From contig NW_002060943.1 of assembly GCF_000150275.1 (NCBI RefSeq), positions 5,972,008-6,036,007 of the forward strand: DNA of 64,000 bases, written 5' to 3'. Below the pieces are notes generated by a model. It was not told the DNA's origin, made no database searches, and saw only the letters and a list, made by a program, of their open reading frames with translations. The translations under genes were made by a program, and so were the position numbers. Origin of the DNA: Trichoplax adhaerens. Lineage: Eukaryota > Animalia > Placozoa. Positions 39,383-51,980 of this stretch are shown here, one piece after another; the first letter of the stretch is position 1; each line of letters opens with the position of its first letter.

Positions 39383-40936
39383 ATGTATTGGTATATATTT
39401 TTTGCCGCAGTAACCATATTATTTTGTTTAATTGGGCTGGCATTGGAAAGCATCGCCAAGTATTACGCCTTCGGTAGGGCTTTGCGTGATTTCCCTGGAC
39501 CGCCTGCTAGTTGGGTGAATGGCAATCTCAACTGTTTACATGGTACAGACGAACAGACCATTGATGACTTACATCAACTAGCTAAAGAATTTCCGAAATG
39601 TTATCGATTCTGGTTAGGTCCGTTTCGACCAACGATGCAATGCATACATCCTGATATTATTAAAGCAGTCCTAAGTGCATCACAAGACAAAGACGGCATT
39701 TTTGTCAGCTACTTGAAGCCTTGGCTTGGCAATGGATTACTGACAGAAAATGGACAAAAATGGCAGCAAAAGCGGCGCCTTATTGGCGGAGCCTTCAATT
39801 TAACCTTTTTATCCAAGAGTGCACCTGTTATACACGATTGCGTTAAGATTATGACAGATCATTGGAATGTGTATAGTCGCATGAAACGTACATTTGATAT
39901 GTATGGCGATATCAAAATGCTATCTTTCGATATTATCATGCGTTGCGCTTTCTCCGGTCGCTATGCATGTCAGGTAGTGGAAGGTAAACATCCATTCGTT
40001 AAAGCCTTCGAAAAAATGAGCTCTCTTGTTCACGAACGCATACTAAATCCATCTATCACCAATGAATGGCTATATTGGATGACACGAAATGGTCGAGAAT
40101 TTTATTCCGTATGTGATCTTGTTCACAAATATACTGAAGATGCAATCCATGAACGCCAAAAAGAAATGAGAAGGAATGATAAATCGCAAGACCGTAGTTA
40201 TAAGAACGATTTTTTAGATATCTTATTGTCTGTCAAAGATAGCGATGGTCAAAAACTATTAGTAAATGATATCAGGGATGAAATTAATTCTTTTATTTTT
40301 TCCGGTTATGATACGCTATCCAATGGAATTACCTGGTCGTTGTACTGTCTTGGGAAACATCGAAGCCATCAAAGGAAAGTTCGCGATGAGGTCAATGCTT
40401 ACTTACAACATCTGAATAAGCTAGAATGGGAAGACATCACATCCTTGAAGTATACTATCATGTGCGTTAAGGAGGCGCTTCGTCTTTATCCACCTGTGCC
40501 ATTTTTAAGTGGTCGTTGCCTCGATAAAGATATCAAAATTGAAGATGTAAAATTGCCAACTGGTTGTCCTGTTGAAGTTCCAGTAATATCCGTTCATCAT
40601 CAAGCGGAATGGTGGCCGGACCCAATGACTTACGATCCGCTACGTTTTACACCGGAGAAAATAAGAGATAGGCACCCATTTGCTTACCTGCCTTTCTCAG
40701 CTGGCTCCAGGAAATGCCTTGGACAGATATTTGCAATGGGTGTTGTTACATTGGTGGTAGCCAAGATTATTCAACGCTACGATATTCGTCTAGTTGCAAA
40801 TCGTGCTGTTAAGCAAAGAGTTGGCCTAGTATTACAGCCAAAAAACGGAGTATGGATTGAAATAGTGGAAAGGAATGGCACGGGTATCCGTCAAAGCGGG
40901 AGTAGCCGAAGATTAAGTAAAGTAACCTCAGTTTAA
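39383..40936 (+). CDS. Cytochrome P450, CYP4 clan, intronless CDS (517 aa)
   Basis: First ATG at 39383 (MYWYIFFAAVTILFCLIGLAL, membrane anchor). Motifs: FPGPP hinge, PWLGNGLL, WQQKRR (WxxxR), DFLDILL, I-helix IRDEINSFIFSGYDTL, EALRLYPPVP (ExxR), DPLRF, and heme signature FSAGSRKCLG. Confidence 0.95.
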   Translation: MYWYIFFAAVTILFCLIGLALESIAKYYAFGRALRDFPGPPASWVNGNLNCLHGTDEQTIDDLHQLAKEFPKCYRFWLGPFRPTMQCIHPDIIKAVLSASQDKDGIFVSYLKPWLGNGLLTENGQKWQQKRRLIGGAFNLTFLSKSAPVIHDCVKIMTDHWNVYSRMKRTFDMYGDIKMLSFDIIMRCAFSGRYACQVVEGKHPFVKAFEKMSSLVHERILNPSITNEWLYWMTRNGREFYSVCDLVHKYTEDAIHERQKEMRRNDKSQDRSYKNDFLDILLSVKDSDGQKLLVNDIRDEINSFIFSGYDTLSNGITWSLYCLGKHRSHQRKVRDEVNAYLQHLNKLEWEDITSLKYTIMCVKEALRLYPPVPFLSGRCLDKDIKIEDVKLPTGCPVEVPVISVHHQAEWWPDPMTYDPLRFTPEKIRDRHPFAYLPFSAGSRKCLGQIFAMGVVTLVVAKIIQRYDIRLVANRAVKQRVGLVLQPKNGVWIEIVERNGTGIRQSGSSRRLSKVTSV

Positions 40937-42845
40937 TTAAATTACAGGATGATAATATAATTACATAAGAATGATTTATACATTGTCAAAAATTATCGGT
41001 TATTATTCAACAAAAATCATATCTTACGGTCATATTTGTGGTATCTACTCACTGATGAGAGCGTACAGTTAAAGGTTATTATAAGGTGGCAAATTTATTT
41101 TTTGCTCTACGTTTTAATTTATATTTTATTCATCACTAAATACTGTAATTATGCAGTAATTACTCTGAATTTTGCTCTAGCTTAGTCTACATATACTATA
41201 GACAATAGTCTTTAGACATAGATACATAATAAACAATTATTCTGGACTTATATCCTTTACTGTAGTACAGTATGAAGAATGAATCGCAATCTATCTTCTA
41301 TTAATTAATAGAAACTGACGTAAAATATAGCCCTAGTATCACATTCGTAAAATCTGCCAATCAGCATTTTTAATAGATTGACAATTTTAGCCTAGATACG
41401 ATCAGGATTCCAGTAGCCCTTAATACAACAGACTATTGTAGTATTATATGTATTATAGGAATTTCTTATAACCGGGAGTAACGTAAAACCGTAATATCTG
41501 CTTTCTAGTAACGTTTAATGTCCTTGAATTAAAATTAATGTTCTACATACCGCCATGCTTGCAAATATAGCAGGCACTCAGATTACTGTCGGTATGAAGA
41601 TGAATGCATTCGAATATTGTAATATGTTTAGGCCGCTGGTTGTCTTAAGCTATTACATATTGGCGTGTTTCGAATAATGAATTAAGGATATATTCTTTTA
41701 CTTGATTAATTAATAGAATATGAAGATTTTTTTTATATTAAATTATTGTGGGATAAATAGAAATGTGTGCAGCAATAAAAAGCAATATATTTTCGATCGT
41801 ACAAACGTATATCGCATATTTATCTGTCTGATATTTTAATAATAGCTATGGATATACTTAAGTAAGTTCTGTTCATTGGTAGCAATTAAAAAATTTCCAG
41901 GTTAGGTATGAATACTCTATCATCTTAATCGAATTTACAAACCCATTTTTTTAAGGACACATGTCCGTGAATTACGCCCTGAATGAACAATTGAACATGG
42001 TTACCTCATCTCTCATCAAGTTTATCCTAACTGTTAGCGTATAGTCCTGTGACCAACATTATCGAGTCTTTGCTAGGATAGTTGTCTTGTAACCTTCGTA
42101 ATCCCTAATTTATGACTATAAATACTGATAGCATGTGATATAGCTCGTCTATACCACAATGCACTTTTAACCTTCACTAAACTATAGATATACGTAAGTA
42201 TAACTTCGCATTCTCAGGTAAGTCTCGATTAATTTCAGGCGTGTATACCAGGTATACACGTGGGTTACTGAATCACTATACTACTGTACATTTGTATCTT
42301 CAATATATTGAGCCCGCATCCGTATACTTACGAATTATGATAGCATCAACTAATGAAGTGAAATGAAGGAAATATAGACGAACATTCATAAGACGCTAGT
42401 GTGCTCAGGAACTGAAAAACTTCGCAAAATTATACAATGCTTTTTATTCACATGCCTTTGTTGCTAGAATAAAGTACAGTAGTAGTATAAGTTACGACAT
42501 AACTCACTGGCAATTTGCTTATGAAATAGATCAGATTAGTTGCAAGCTGCATGTTATCATAAACTAGGGTACATCGCAGCAGAGTAAGAATAAGAGTTTA
42601 AAATTCTACAATGGCCTGCTACTACAAGCGAGAGTTAGTTCGAGCAACGAATGCCTGATTCAATTTCCCAAATCTTATCACAAAATGTTACGGTATTATA
42701 TAAACGAATCCTAACTTGTTAGAAAAGTATCCATGACATTTACACTTGTCAATTGTTGCAATAAATGTCAAGAAAGACAACTGATGAATATACCTTCAAG
42801 ATACAGCCAATGTGAACGATTTTTATTATCTTATATTTTACAAAT

Positions 42846-44305
42846 TTAAGCAACTAACACACAACTGCCACCCACATCTTTGATTTTCTTTTCAGCAGTT
42901 CGACTAAAAAATTTGGCCTTAACAACGACAGCTTGCTTCGGTAATAATCCTTTACCTAAAACCTTATAGTAACCCTAGAACAAGAAATTATACAACAGTT
43001 ATCAAACATAGTAAAAACTATCGAAAGAAAAGCAACTCATGCAAAAGGTATCCATAGTAATTGCGGTAATACTCACAGCACGAACAACATCAATGACTGG
43101 GGCCTTTTCAGTTTTCTCAGCATAGTGCGTTCTTGTCTGTTCGCTAACGAGAGTCCACAGTTTATCCACATTGATGGTTGGGCAATGGTACTTATTTCTC
43201 GTCAAGTGAAAGTATCGCATACCGCATTTACCGAAATAACCTGGATGGCTGAAATACAAAAACGATTCCGATCTGAGTACTTCAAATTCGCTTATCCAAA
43301 AGAGAGTGGAATGATGTGGAACGTTTCAGTTCAACATTTATTACAGTACTCGCAACAGTAATACGTAGAGCAACTTATCGCTACAGTCCTTTAACAATAA
43401 TCACAACTAATCGTACTATATAAGTTACATTTGTGCATCATCTGCTATGTGGGAGTCAAAGGAGTGATGCTACATATAATAAAGCGCTTTATACTTACTA
43501 TTTGTCAAAGTTTGCCCTACGGTGCAACAAACCACCAGCATTACCTCTACCACCAGGATGCTTTCTGTGCTTGCCTAAGATTACAGAGAATTTAAAATTA
43601 ACGACTTCTACGAAAGATAGGATCATTCAATATTGAGCGTACATTGCTCAGTTGCAATACAGCAAAGATAATCCGTTGCTACGGTTTACGATCTACTGGT
43701 CAATGACAGTAATAGATGTCAAGCTGATTTATTTCCTATAAACATCGCTAAATGGCATTTATAGTAAAGTAGCTGATATAATATACGATGAAAATCTCAC
43801 TTGAATAGCTCAATAATCCAAATATACAGTATGATACGAAGACAGAAAAAAGTCTTCCATGGAACTATGATAAATATATATTTTCTATCGCTCAATTCGA
43901 TTGACATGTAACAAGCAAGTTCATTCACCGAAACATAGCAAATTCGTTTCTACTGTTCGAATTTGCACAATATATTACAGGGACGACGTTAAAATCAAAA
44001 GATTAGGAACTATAGTACATACCAACACGGCCATGTCCAGCACTAACGTGCCCTCGCAACTTTCGAGTTTTCTTTTGACGAGCAACCTAAAAACAGTAAA
44101 GACTGACCATTACCATCCGTCTGAATGAACACTAAATTAATCCATTTTAGATGCTTCTATCTTTGTTAAAACAAAAAAAAACTGACTATCTTTCAAGTAG
44201 AGCTATTTTTTCAAGTAAAGAATGTAAAATTACGGAAGACATTTAAGTGATTATGACTGATTCTGGAGAGATTCAAAACTAGATGAAAATTCTCAGACTC
44301 ACCAT
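42846..44305 (-). CDS. RPL27A: 60S ribosomal protein L27a (uL15)
   Basis: Exons 44305-44303 (ATG only), 44086-44023, 43574-43499, 43248-43077, 42974-42846. Protein [37 protein letters not shown]...HPGYFGK...GYYKVLGKG...GGSCVLVA*. Confidence 0.97.
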
Positions 44306-44319
44306 TTTCTATGCAACGT

Positions 44320-44340
44320 GAAAGAGGAGGAAGAAGAAGG
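44320..44340 (-). promoter_or_regulatory. Polypyrimidine TCT / 5'TOP initiator of RPL27A
   Basis: The minus strand reads CCTTCTTCTTCCTCCTCTTTC, ending ~15 nt upstream of the ATG exon. This is typical of ribosomal protein gene starts. Confidence 0.75.
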
Positions 44341-44374
44341 AATGTGCGCATGTATATTAGTCGTCGCCTAACCG

Positions 44375-44945
44375 CTTTACAGTACTGAGCAGAACCGCTA
44401 CAGTACATTGCACTCGGATTCTTTTGCTACAGCAGTACTGTACAGTGTACATTGTACTGTACAAGCCAAGTACTGTAACTGTACTGCTGTACAGTACTGT
44501 ACACTGTACAGTACTACAGGATTAACAGGGCTGACAGGAGACTCTTCAGACAGACAGACTTTTATACCATAAGCCATGCACTACAGGATTAACAGGTAGT
44601 GTCTTCTTAAGCTGACAGAAGACTCTTCAGACAGACAGACTTTTCTACCCTAGGAGGCCAAAATATTGAAAAATTAGTTACTTAGTATGGATCTTCTGTA
44701 TCTATTTTTTCTTGATTACTTGTACTAATTTAAGAATATTCATCTCTTTATATAGCTATTTTACTATTTTGAAGCAGAACTTAGTAAATAGAATAGATTT
44801 CCAATATAATATTACTTAATTTTAGACAAGCAAGCCAATTACAAAATCGAGCAATCGCTTTACGTAACAGACCAGACACCCAGCGTATGTGCACTGCGCA
44901 GTACTGTACATTCGTGTAACAGTACAGTATGATACAGTACTCAGT
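44375..44945. repeat. CAGTA/TACTG clusters plus a ~65-bp tandem duplication in the RPL27A/PGP divergent promoter
   Basis: Microsatellite at ~44375-44520 and ~44890-44945. Direct repeat actacaggattaacagg...gctgacag(g/a)agactcttcagacagacagactttt at 44513 and 44580; the second copy has a short insertion. Confidence 0.85.
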
Positions 44946-45583
44946 AAGTCAGCATGTGATTTCGTTACTGAACACCAGCTTCAACACCTCCCAGACTGGC
45001 TCCGGTACAATGCGTACAGCAAAGTACTGCGCAAGTGCACATGGACAGCATATACTGTAGGCAGAGTCACGGAATAAAGGTAAGAGGAAGATGATGTCTA
45101 AAATTCGCAAATTTTAGAGGCTATAGAGTAGATACGCGCATAGCAAATGATTAATTTCTATCTGCGTATCAGTTGGCAAGTTCGCCAATTTCATTGGTTC
45201 TAGAAGATCATAGATTTCTATTTACGTATCAGCTTTGTTGCGACTGTACTCTAATTTGCAATGTGATACATTTCGTACTGACTTCAAGCTGATATTTCCT
45301 TAAATAACTGTCAATGTTTTGGATGATCTTACAGTTGGGTATTCTGCTCCTATATATGACATATTGATAGATATATGCATACGTACAGTAATTATAATCA
45401 AAAACATGGACAGCTGAGGAAATTCCCGTAATGCTTATGTACGCCCTGTAAATAATTTCTAGTGGTGTATCAGTTCGAATTACATTGGTTCATATTTCAG
45501 AAATAATTGACTCATTCAATTTTTAATAAACATTTTAACTGCCTGACGTCGCAATCGTGAACCCAGTAACGTTTGTGCTTACT

Positions 45584-47859
45584 ATGACGGATAGTAAGGG
45601 AAGACTTATGCAAGGCGAGCAAACTGACGAATTCCTTTCTGGAATTGATACCTTTTTCTTTGACTGTGATGGTAAGGCGATGGCGTATCATAAGACTTTA
45701 AATTTCTTGCGATTATATTTATGAAAATATTATGTAAGCAATTGGCACTGCCAATTCTTGACACTCGACCGCTATCATGCCAGCACTTATAAAGTACAGC
45801 TTGGTAACATACTCGTCTTTGTATCATGGCTAATGCTATTTCCAGCTAAATCTCCTTTTTAATCATCTTCAGGAGTTATTTGGCTTGGTAATGAGGCTAT
45901 AGCAGGAGCAGTTGAAACAGTCAACAAATTAAGAGCTAAGGTAGAAAGAATGTACATCATTGCCATTGTTGTCCGATGCTTTATTATTTTTTAGCAGTCT
46001 TTTCCGGAAGGATTACTGTATTACTTTATGCACGTGTAATGTATAGATTGTACGCGTATATGCGAGTATACAGTACTATAAATAACTTCACTATTTAGAG
46101 AATAATAATATTGCATATTCTATAATTGTATTCACCATTTTGTATACTTACACTGTAATTATATTAACTGATCAATGATTCTGAGCATAAATTACTTTGT
46201 AAACAACAGGGAAAAAGAATATTTTTTGTATCCAATAATAGCTCCAAATCAGTTGCTAGTTACATGAAGAAATTTCAACGATTTGGAATTGAAGCATATC
46301 CTGTACGTTCTGCTCTAAACTTCGGAATGAATTAAGTAAAACATATCCTTGCACACTATTGCCTTAACCATGTGTGTTACATTCTGAATACGTAATTACT
46401 ACAAAGCATACCTCTCCATACAAAGTATTCACTTAAAATGGTCGAATTGTAAATTGAGCACTGACATCCTTGCATCTTATCTATATACGAGTTACAATCT
46501 AAATTATCACACATTCGCAATACAGTGTACAAATTTTACAGCGATGTTGACTTTTTAGGATGAAATTTATGGAACGGCCAAGGTCACAGCATGGTATATA
46601 AAGAATAAATTAAACTTTACCGGAAAGGTATACCTTCTAGGCTCGGAATCGATGGCGGAAGAATTTGACGCTTTAGATATCTCTCATACTGGCACTGGGG
46701 TTAGCCTTTATACGAAATTTTACTAGCATAACATAAACGTGTATCAAAAGTACTTTCGTACCTCAAGTTTCCTGTCTACCGCGTCATGAAATTTGTTAAC
46801 AATCGATATGAATATTTTATAATTGTTGAAGTAGCCTGATCCCTTTCATGGTAACCTTGATACCTGTATAGGAAGCGTTTCGTTGGATGACGACGTAATT
46901 TCTACTTTACCGCTATCTAAACTTTGTTCAAAATATTCTTAGCCAATTGTAACCACATTGTGGATTTAAATACTTAAACTTGTTTCTATAAGATTGGAGC
47001 TGTTGTTCAAGGACTAGATATACATGTTAACTACATGAAAATGATTAAAGCCACCAGTTACTTGGCAAAAGAATCTTGTCTTTTAATAGTCACCAATGAA
47101 GATGATCGATTACCAGTTAGAGGGTCTAACATAGTTATTCCTGGTGAGTACTCTCAAGATATATAGATTACAATTATAACATTCGTAAAAATACCTAGGA
47201 TAACAAATTTGTCGATTGTAGTACTTCATTTTATTCACGCTTTATGGTAGGTACCGGCAGTATCGGTGCTATCTTGAGAGTAGCTTCCAGGCGCCAAGAT
47301 CGTATTCTAATTGGAAAGCCGAACCGAAATATTTATGATTGTATCTTGTCTAAGTAAGATCGTTTCCCTAATAAAAATATACAAATATTATTAGTGCTAC
47401 ATGCATATACGATACCAATTCATTAAGCGATTTGCAAATGTTGTGAGATCCTCCATTTGTAGGCTATATCAAATCTAATCAATCGTTATACCGCAAACGT
47501 TATAATATTATCTATTACCTCTCAATTGCAGGCATTCTATTAATCCAGAATCGTCTTGTATGATTGGCGACAGGTATAAAATAGTAATCGTACTATTTTA
47601 CAGAATTGACTCATGAACGGGAATAGCGATTAATACGTGAATAAAATGATTTAAATTTACATTTTGTAACTTGATTCGTTTTATGCACTGCAGGATCGAT
47701 ACTGATATAGCCTTTGGAATAAAGTGTGGTTTCAAAACTATTCTAGTATATTCCGGTGTTTCTACGGCAGATGAAGTTGAAGCATTAAGAAAAAAATCGC
47801 CGGAAATGCTACCTGATTATTGTTTGCCTACTCTTGCTGATCTAATGAGGATTCCTTAA
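45584..47859 (+). CDS. PGP: HAD-IIA phosphatase, phosphoglycolate/glycerol-3-phosphate phosphatase (PGP/PDXP family)
   Basis: Exons 45584-45671, 45873-45940, 46210-46302, 46559-46699, 46835-46894, 46993-47143, 47251-47353, 47532-47573, 47694-47859. Motif I FFFDCDGVIW, motif II FFVSNNS, then IGKP and MIGDRIDTDIAFG. Probable non-coding first exon with a donor near 45079. Confidence 0.92.
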
Positions 47860-48986
47860 CTATTAAGAGAACTGATAAAACTTGAGAATCATTCATGGTA
47901 TTAATCAAAGAGTATGACTGAAGGCTGGTTATACAGTATATCTCGTACATGGTGACTTCAGGTTTTCTGCGTCATTCGTAAATAAGAAGTTACTTATAAT
48001 ATTTGTCTTATAATGTTATACTTTACCGGATTGCTTTGATAATACCATTTTTTATATCTATACGTACAGATTAACATTACCATAATGGCATGACGTTATA
48101 CTCATATCAAAGTCGAAAATAAAACTATGCGTAAACAAAACTTTATTTTTCAATCATTTCATAATTTCTCGATGCGCGTACTGGTTTACAATGTTATATA
48201 AGTTCATGCAATAATTACGATAGCTACAGTAAGTATAACTTTCACTAAGGCTTTTAGGTTCAAGCGACAAGCGGATTTTGTTAATTTCTCTAGTATGGAT
48301 TATCACGATAGAAAGCTATTCATATGAACCAATCGATATTTAATTTGCCTTTATTGCAGTTCAAAACAGCGCTAAATTATTTAAATTTAGTTGACTCAAA
48401 TATTTCAATCGCAAGATCAACCTTGGGCTAATGCAATGGTAGAACAGATCTTTTAATTATTTAAAGGTGGTTTTAGTCGAGATCGTTATGTATGACATTT
48501 TGACTTTTCTCTACTAACGTGTAAGAAGAAATAATTATGATCTTCGCAACTGTGTCACAAAACCTACATATTGAATGACAATATAGCAGTTGTGTTTGTA
48601 CATTACGAAAAATATGTGTATGCACCGTAAAGAGTCCCATTTGATGTAAATGACAACTTGATTGCTAAGGCTGAAAACGTATTCAATGACAGAGTTACTG
48701 CATTTAGTATACACAGTATATTTGCAGTATTATAACTATATAGTAAGAGAAAAATATCGAAAAGCTCGTAACTACGCTACAATAAACTTTTAGATATGAC
48801 TTTAGTTCATATACAATACAGTATACGAATGCTATTAAGCCTTTTGCAGATAAAAACTAAAAATTTATCAATATTTCCTACACTTTTAAGAAGAAATAAA
48901 ATGACAAACTTTTCTTGGAATAACATGTTTCTCACATTAAATTCTTACATCGAAGATAAGATAAAATAGGCGTTCTAATCGCCGTA

Positions 48987-51130
48987 TTAATAATTACCAT
49001 TTTTAAAAATACTATGAACCACTGAGCAGTTATGACCAACAAGTTGATGATAGTCAGCATAGCTATTTAAAGAACAATAGGTGAGAATTGCACCTACTAC
49101 CACGAAGACGTGAAAAAGTTGATGACTCTGAAACTAAATATAAAGTTGCAAATATTAAGTCAAATTGCTTGCAAACGAACATTTAAAATCCAAAAAGCGA
49201 GACCAACTGTTATGCTTACTACGATATCGCATCGTCCAGGAAAAAAGCGCTCAGGTGTGCGAGTGGCGTATAAAGTTACTCCAACCAAATAGCTCAAGCC
49301 ACTAGCTAGAAACCATGGTATACCTCCTATTTCTATAGCTCTATAAAATCCAGTGATACCACAGTAATGAAGCAATGGAACGACTCCAGAACCTCCTACG
49401 CCGCCAAACAATGCTGTAAAATGTTCCAGATCATAATAATATTATCTCATATTCATAGAACACTTACAATTACAGTAATATTTTTCATACAAGAAATAAC
49501 ATACCTGCCCTAAAAGTACGATATTTTGATTCAGAAAATTTATCGAACAGTGATACGATGGCAGCTGCAGTACCTAAAACGATCGCCACAGTCTCATAAA
49601 TGATAAGGGGGATGGTATAGCAGTAAAATGCGTAATAGATAAGTGACACGTTTGATCCGACAACCAAAGTTGCAATTCCCAAATAATCTAATCTGTTGAG
49701 ACGCACAAGAGTTAAAAAGAGTTTCGAAATAGAATTGAAGGCTTACTAAAGCGTTCTATCAGCAATAAGGCAATACGACGTACTATATAGTGCAATACTA
49801 TAAACAAGACACAATGAATAATAGCTCGAGCAGACACTTACTTAGCAGATGATTTCATAACTCTAAAAGAATAGCAATAAATGGTGTGAAAGAAAGACGA
49901 AAACAGGAGGCAGGTAATCGCTCCAGCAAAAAATGCTCTAGAATTGATAAAATACACGTTTAAATAAATAGTGTGCTCTTCGCAAACAAGTTAAATGTTT
50001 ATTGTTTATTATTCGATACAAAGATAATTGATTGCAATAAATTTGAGAAAGTTTGATATTTAAGAATCATTTAAGTAATTAGTGAACATATTCGTGATAT
50101 ATTATGAAAGTCGATATACGTATTGTACAAACTGTGACTAGTTTTAAAACTGATCATTATATTGACAATAGGCAGATACAATAGGTTACCCGAAGACTGC
50201 TTGTTCTTGCCATGTTTTCTGGCTGAGTGGCACTGAAAAACAGTATATAGCAAATATCAGTAGCCCAATAAAACCTAAAAGATGAGTCCAGATGTTTCCA
50301 GTTTCGGTATGGATACGAAAGATGCTACGCAAACAAAGTGAGACAGAAGGGAGCTGAGGTCGATATCCTTTGACTAGAAATTCATTATCCTGAAGCCAAT
50401 CAGGTAATTTATTAAATGGGAGAGTTTTCCAATCGTTCGGTGGTTGAACAACTACCCTAAATTTTAACAATTCAATTAGAAACCCAAATGAGTGTTTAGT
50501 TGTTCGAGACCAATGTAAATATACGTGATAATGCAGAGCAAGAAAACGAACTGCTGACTACTGTATTGTAGTGTACTGTACAGTAACGATCCATGACTTT
50601 GAATGGACTCCGAAAAAGTAAAATAATAACAGGGGTTTAACCGCAAATGTAACACAGCAGTATCCCGTAGGCACGATTGATTGAAACTGATATCGACGTT
50701 AGTTCTCTTCAAGACTAACTATCCATCTGTCTTATGAGACCGATTGCGTTGATTTTACGAGTGTAAGAAATGGAGAACCAAAGGACTAAACATTTTTAAG
50801 AACTACCGAAAAATCACATTACACTAGTGTTAGTCGCTCTAGATATAAAGTAAGATGTGCAACTCACAGTGCAAGTACATACTATACTGTACGCGAAGTA
50901 TAAAATGCGCGTGAGTTGTAAGTATGATTTATGATTGACGATAAATCTCCAAAAATATTTTTACACCATAGCATAAAAACTACTTGTACTGTAGTATATC
51001 ATTATACGCGTATTATGACAGGCTAATATTAACAGCAGTACTGGTTCATGGCAGTCTTGTTACGGGGCTTCCGTTGTTCATGATCACTGCATTTGGGATG
51101 AATGACTTTCGATCGTTTTTTTGCTTTCAT
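48987..51130 (-). CDS. ADIPOR: Adiponectin receptor / PAQR family membrane protein
   Basis: Exons 51130-51042, 50456-50190, 49937-49842, 49692-49505, 49413-49220, 49133-48987. Motifs LPDWLQDNEFLVKGYRP, IHTETGNIWTH, SSFFHT (SxxxH), KLDYLGI, PERFFPG.CD and SHQLFH (HxxxH); the zinc/hydrolase residues are retained. The first exon is less certain. Confidence 0.93.
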
Positions 51131-51279
51131 CCTTTCATGCTCGAATACACACGGTTATTTAACTCGAAATCAGGATTGGGGTTACAAATAGGAAGGATTA
51201 GGAAATCAGTCGAGCTCCATCATGCTCCATCATTAAAAGTCTGATCTGAGCTGATCATACTGAGTTCTGTAAGTTAGCA

Positions 51280-51980
51280 CTGTATAGTACAGTGTACAGT
51301 ACTGTGCACTGTACCGTACTGTCAACACTGCTCATGTACTGTACACTGTACACTGTACAGTACCGTTCAAAACCAGTCTCCAGTATAGAAAGTACTATAC
51401 GGTAGACTCAGTCTGATACAGTACACTGTCGTAACTAACCGGTGAATTCGTTGACTCCCTGATTTGACCTTTGGCTTTGGGTGCACATTAATCACGCCCT
51501 TCTACAGTACCAATACAGTACAGTACAGTACATTGCAACTGGAAGCCAGGGACTACTGTACACTGTACACTGTACACTGTACTGACTGAATAAAAGAGAC
51601 AGTCATGCCTATTACACAATACCGCGCTGCGCCTGCGTGGCTTGGCAGCCGCAGCACGGAGCAACAGTTTGTACGCATGAGACAGTGCACAGTTGGAAAG
51701 ATCAGCAAGTTTCCTAATTTTTAGTCTGTAGAGAGAAAGATAGTCTCTTTCGTTAGTAACACTAACTGTACTCTATTCTGATTCCAAGATCTACTTAAGC
51801 ACGTTCATAGTTCAAATTAAATGAATTAAATTAAATTAAATTAATTAATTACTGAATGAATGAATTTGCAACCTGAAAGGATTACAGTTGGGAGTACTGT
51901 ACGTACAGTACAATATACTGTACTGTATATTGATATATTAACTATGTACTGTACTACTGTACAGTATACTGTACTACTGT
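51280..51980. repeat. CAGTA/TACTG microsatellite clusters upstream of AdipoR
   Basis: Units at ~51280-51585 and ~51895-51980 flanking a GC-rich patch (51620-51665). Confidence 0.85.

Noticed and set aside
39314-40936. Intronless P450 as a bacterial or endosymbiont insertion
   Set aside because: It has an N-terminal membrane anchor, Pro hinge and CYP4-clan motifs of animal microsomal P450s. The track start at 39314 is TTG; the real ATG is at 39383.
43249-44022. Possible intronic snoRNAs in RPL27A (vertebrate RPL27A hosts H/ACA snoRNAs)
   Set aside because: No convincing C/D or H/ACA box-and-stem architecture by eye; it would need an Infernal/Rfam search.
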